From: an uncultured Alphaproteobacteria bacterium
Lineage (GTDB): Bacteria; Pseudomonadota; Alphaproteobacteria; JAAXGF01
Assembly (NCBI GenBank): GCA_964645285.1
Contig: CAZYDR010000002.1
Span: 5,484 to 69,483 of the forward strand
Reading direction: 5' to 3'
Length of the DNA: 64,000 nt
Within the stretch, counting starts at the first letter, position 1. The number at the start of each line of letters is the position of its first letter. This document shows, piece by piece, positions 61,202 to 64,000 of this stretch. A model generated the notes under the pieces. The model did not search any database and was not told the origin of the DNA. It saw nothing but the letters and a program-made list of their open reading frames with translations. The position numbers were made by a program, and so were the translations under genes.

Positions 61202-62260
61202 ATGGACAAATACCGCATCAAGTTCACCGCCAACTATTTCGACGACGACGGCAACTTCACCATTCCCGGCTACGACATTTCACGTCTTCTCGACGATCCC
61301 CGCATCGAGGTCGGGGTTATCGACAACAGGGCTCATGTAGACGCCGCCGAGATTATCGATGTTGACGCGCTGATCGCAACCCCTACGGCGGCGTCGATTA
61401 CGGCCGACAGCTTTCCGCCCGACTGCCGGCTGACGGTCATCGCCCGGGTCGGTGTCGGCTATGAAAATGTCGATGTTCCCGCCTGCAACGCCAACGGCGT
61501 GGCGATGACCATTGCCGCCGACGCGGTGCGCCGGCCCACGGCGGTCGGCACCATGGCCCTGATCCTGGCGGCGACCACCCGGTTGTTGACCAAGGACCGG
61601 CTAACCCGCCTCGGCCCTGACGGCTGGGGCCGGAAGAACGCCCATCCCGGCTTGGGGCTGGAGGGGCGCACCCTGGGCGTGGTCGGCCTCGGCAATATCG
61701 GTTCCGAGGTGGTGCGTCTGGCGACTGCGTTCGATCTCAAGTTCATCGCCTACGATCCCTACATCGACCGCGATGCCGCCGCCAGCCTGGGGGTTCGCAT
61801 GGTCGACGATCTCGACGAGTTGATGGCACAATCGGATATCGTCGCGCTCCATTGCATAGTGACGGACGAGACCCGGGGCATGATCGACGCCGGGCGTCTC
61901 GCCCTGATGAAGCCGACCGCCTACCTCATCAACGCCGCCCGCGGGCCGGTCGTTGACCAAGCGGCCCTGACCGAGGTTCTGGCCGCCGGCCGTATCGCTG
62001 GCGCTGGCCTCGACGTCTTCGACCCGGAGCCCGTCGCCGCCGCCGACCCGCTGCTCAAGCTCGACAACGTGGTGCTCTCGGGCCACGGCATGAACTGGAC
62101 CGACCAGCTCATGGTCGGCTTCGGCAAGACCAACGTCGACGCGGTGCTGGCGGTCATGCACGGCCGGGCGCCGCGCTCGGTGGTCAACACCGAAGTCCTC
62201 GATGGTCCCCTGTGGCAGGCAAAGGCCGCGGCCTTGCGGGCGAAATTCGGGGACGGCTAA
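61202..62260 (+). CDS. D-isomer-specific 2-hydroxyacid dehydrogenase (NAD-binding)
   Basis: GxGxxG (VGLGNIGSEV) plus catalytic R/E/H arrangement. Confidence 0.8.
   Translation: MDKYRIKFTANYFDDDGNFTIPGYDISRLLDDPRIEVGVIDNRAHVDAAEIIDVDALIATPTAASITADSFPPDCRLTVIARVGVGYENVDVPACNANGVAMTIAADAVRRPTAVGTMALILAATTRLLTKDRLTRLGPDGWGRKNAHPGLGLEGRTLGVVGLGNIGSEVVRLATAFDLKFIAYDPYIDRDAAASLGVRMVDDLDELMAQSDIVALHCIVTDETRGMIDAGRLALMKPTAYLINAARGPVVDQAALTEVLAAGRIAGAGLDVFDPEPVAAADPLLKLDNVVLSGHGMNWTDQLMVGFGKTNVDAVLAVMHGRAPRSVVNTEVLDGPLWQAKAAALRAKFGDG
62173..62260. repeat. Direct repeat copy 1 (3' end of the 2-hydroxyacid dehydrogenase gene)
   Basis: About 85% identical to 63003..63089. Both copies end in a stop codon. 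Confidence 0.7.
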
Positions 62261-62479
62261 GGGGGATGGCGTTTTAGCAGGCAAGCCAAATCCACTAGAA
62301 GGAATCAGGACATGGACGGATCGCCTCCCGGGCTCAGCGCGTACCTGATCTCGTAGGCACGAAACAGCCACTGGAGCAACCATCGTCTACACGCGGCCTG
62401 CTCGCGCCTGCCAGCGTCGGCGTACTTTGCGAGCCGTCCGAGTTTTTTCGGCTCCATTCATGTCCACCTGGATCACATT

Positions 62480-62869
62480 GTGTTCGTGGATTGGCTGTAC
62501 TTGGAACGCCTAACAGGCAAGCGATTTCTGCCTGACCCTGTGGGGGACCTGCTGCACCGAGAGTTCGCGCCACTTGCAGAGGATCAGCTGGCGGCGGGAC
62601 GGGCATTGATCGACTTCTGCCAAAACGCAACGCCCGACACCGTTGGGTCGATGGTCACGTTTAGTCTGTCGGATGGCACGACGTATACCGAGGTTGTCTC
62701 CAGTGTGCTCGCGCACCTGTTCATGCACCAAACCCATCATCGCGGGCAGGTTCACGACATGATGTCGGCAACATCGGTGCCGCCGCCTCAGCTCGACGAG
62801 TTTTTCATGAGCGCGGATTTGCCACTGCGCGAGGAAGAGCTGAAGAGTTTGGGTCTGCCGATAGTCTAG
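62480..62869 (+). CDS. DinB_2/YfiT-like family protein
   Basis: HLFMHQTHHRGQVH C-terminal motif. An upstream in-frame extension without a stop suggests the true start is further 5' (GTG at 62480 or upstream). Confidence 0.45.
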   Translation: MFVDWLYLERLTGKRFLPDPVGDLLHREFAPLAEDQLAAGRALIDFCQNATPDTVGSMVTFSLSDGTTYTEVVSSVLAHLFMHQTHHRGQVHDMMSATSVPPPQLDEFFMSADLPLREEELKSLGLPIV

Positions 62870-63002
62870 ATTCACAATTGCACTGAGCCGGCGGCGGTGC
62901 GGTCGGATGCGTTCGGCGGCCGGCACCATGGCCCTATATAATCGGACGATGCACGAGGCTAGGAAGGGCGCGTCCTCACGCACCACGATCAGCCGGGCGC
63001 TG

Positions 63003-63089
63003 CGCTCGGTGGTCAACACCGAGGTTCTGGGCGAGGCCCTGTGGCAGGCCAAGGCGGCGGCCTTGCGGGCGAAGTTCCGGGAGGACTGA
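63003..63089. repeat. Direct repeat copy 2 (orphan duplicated 3' gene end, ...SVVNTEVLGEALWQAKAAALRAKFRED*)
   Basis: Matches 62173..62260. Confidence 0.7.
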
Positions 63090-63193
63090 GGGGCGGTCCG
63101 GCTGACCCTAAGCCGAACGGCAGCTCGGTAATTTCCTGACACATTTTGACGACCCCGCTCTGGTAGGCAGGGTCGGCCAATATGTAACGCAGC

Positions 63194-63877
63194 TCAGTAC
63201 TCCCAGAAAGGACCGGTCAGCCCAATTTTTCTGAAGTGTCTGTTCATATCCTCTCCCTGTGGTCTCTCGTAGTCCAGTTCCAGCTTATGTTCATAGGCCG
63301 GTTGAACCACATGAAGCGTCTGCTCGATACTCAACGCTTTCCCTGGGTCGTCAGGCTTCGTTAGTGCCAGCCAATCATCGAGTGCGCCCTGAGACGCAAA
63401 GAACAAAAACATGTTGCCGCAGGTATTGACGATGTTTTCCCACCACTGTGTTGCTGGAAGGCCCAAATAGACAATTGCAGAATCCGGGTGCATCCATTCC
63501 ACTTTGCCTTCATCCAAAGAAATCTCAATTTGCTGCCCGGTGTGGTGGCAGAACGATGAGATTGTCATGGGGGCGCCATGGAGCGAGATATGCAGAGCGA
63601 GAGTGTCGAAAGAGCAGTTTATGAAGTACTCACGCCCGGAGCGCAGTCGAGCCAGGAAGGGTGTGATTACCGCGGAAAACGGGTGTGCCATGAATATTCG
63701 ATCCATGCCGGGTATCAGCGTCAACTGTCGGTGAGCCTCTAGGCTTTTCAGGATGGACACGACCTGATCGCGGTCCAGTCCGAACCGGTCACGAATGTGC
63801 TGCACCACGGGCGGGTAAGACGTTTCGACAAAAGTGTCGTAGACAAACTTCCGAACTTGACGTTCCTGATCGTTCAT
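63194..63877 (-). CDS. merB: Organomercurial lyase (MerB) family protein
   Basis: NCSFDTL (Cys/Asp catalytic pair region) and overall MerB-like order. ~50% GC, well below the genome average. Confidence 0.55.
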   Translation of the reverse strand: MNDQERQVRKFVYDTFVETSYPPVVQHIRDRFGLDRDQVVSILKSLEAHRQLTLIPGMDRIFMAHPFSAVITPFLARLRSGREYFINCSFDTLALHISLHGAPMTISSFCHHTGQQIEISLDEGKVEWMHPDSAIVYLGLPATQWWENIVNTCGNMFLFFASQGALDDWLALTKPDDPGKALSIEQTLHVVQPAYEHKLELDYERPQGEDMNRHFRKIGLTGPFWEY

Positions 63878-64000
63878 TTCCGCTCTCCAAATAACGCATC
63901 TAGTTCAATAACCAAGCTTCAATCTTCGAGAATAAACGGTTGCACAAGCTCGTGGCCTGCCCCCGTCTAATGTGCCAGCAGCTATGTTAGTCCGGGCATG

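Noticed and set aside
1-64000. CRISPR arrays, rRNA or tRNA genes
   Set aside because: No regularly spaced short direct repeats. No recognisable tRNA T-loop or acceptor features were identified by eye in intergenic regions. Not exhaustive without a tRNA scanner.

Overview
High-GC (~65%) alphaproteobacterial chromosome segment, Rhodospirillales-like in gene content. It carries a conserved housekeeping backbone and several lower-GC accessory islands.

Backbone genes: pepA-holC, an ABC-F ATPase, ndk, purN-purM, pgsA, an AI-2E transporter, hdaA, rnd, aspS, alkA-ogt, B12-dependent nrdJ, aat, accC-accB-aroQ, and ubiT-ubiU-ubiV.

Accessory content:
- A decayed retron. The reverse transcriptase keeps its YADD and VTG motifs but is broken by in-frame stop codons, and a HicA-like fragment follows it in the same frame. 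A DUF2442-HTH gene lies next to it.
- A CoxSML-type molybdenum hydroxylase operon fused to an MttB-superfamily methyltransferase and several flavin and 2OG oxygenases. This may be a catabolic cluster for an N-methylated heterocycle or quaternary amine.
- An IS1595 transposase remnant next to a cI/LexA-like repressor.
- A rhodanese-HigA fusion gene.
- A DinB_2 cassette flanked by an 88-bp direct repeat of the 3' end of a 2-hydroxyacid dehydrogenase gene.
- A low-GC merB.

About eight accessory genes carry premature in-frame stops or single frameshifts, several at positions where homologues have Gln, while all housekeeping genes are intact.

No rRNA, tRNA or CRISPR arrays were recognised.
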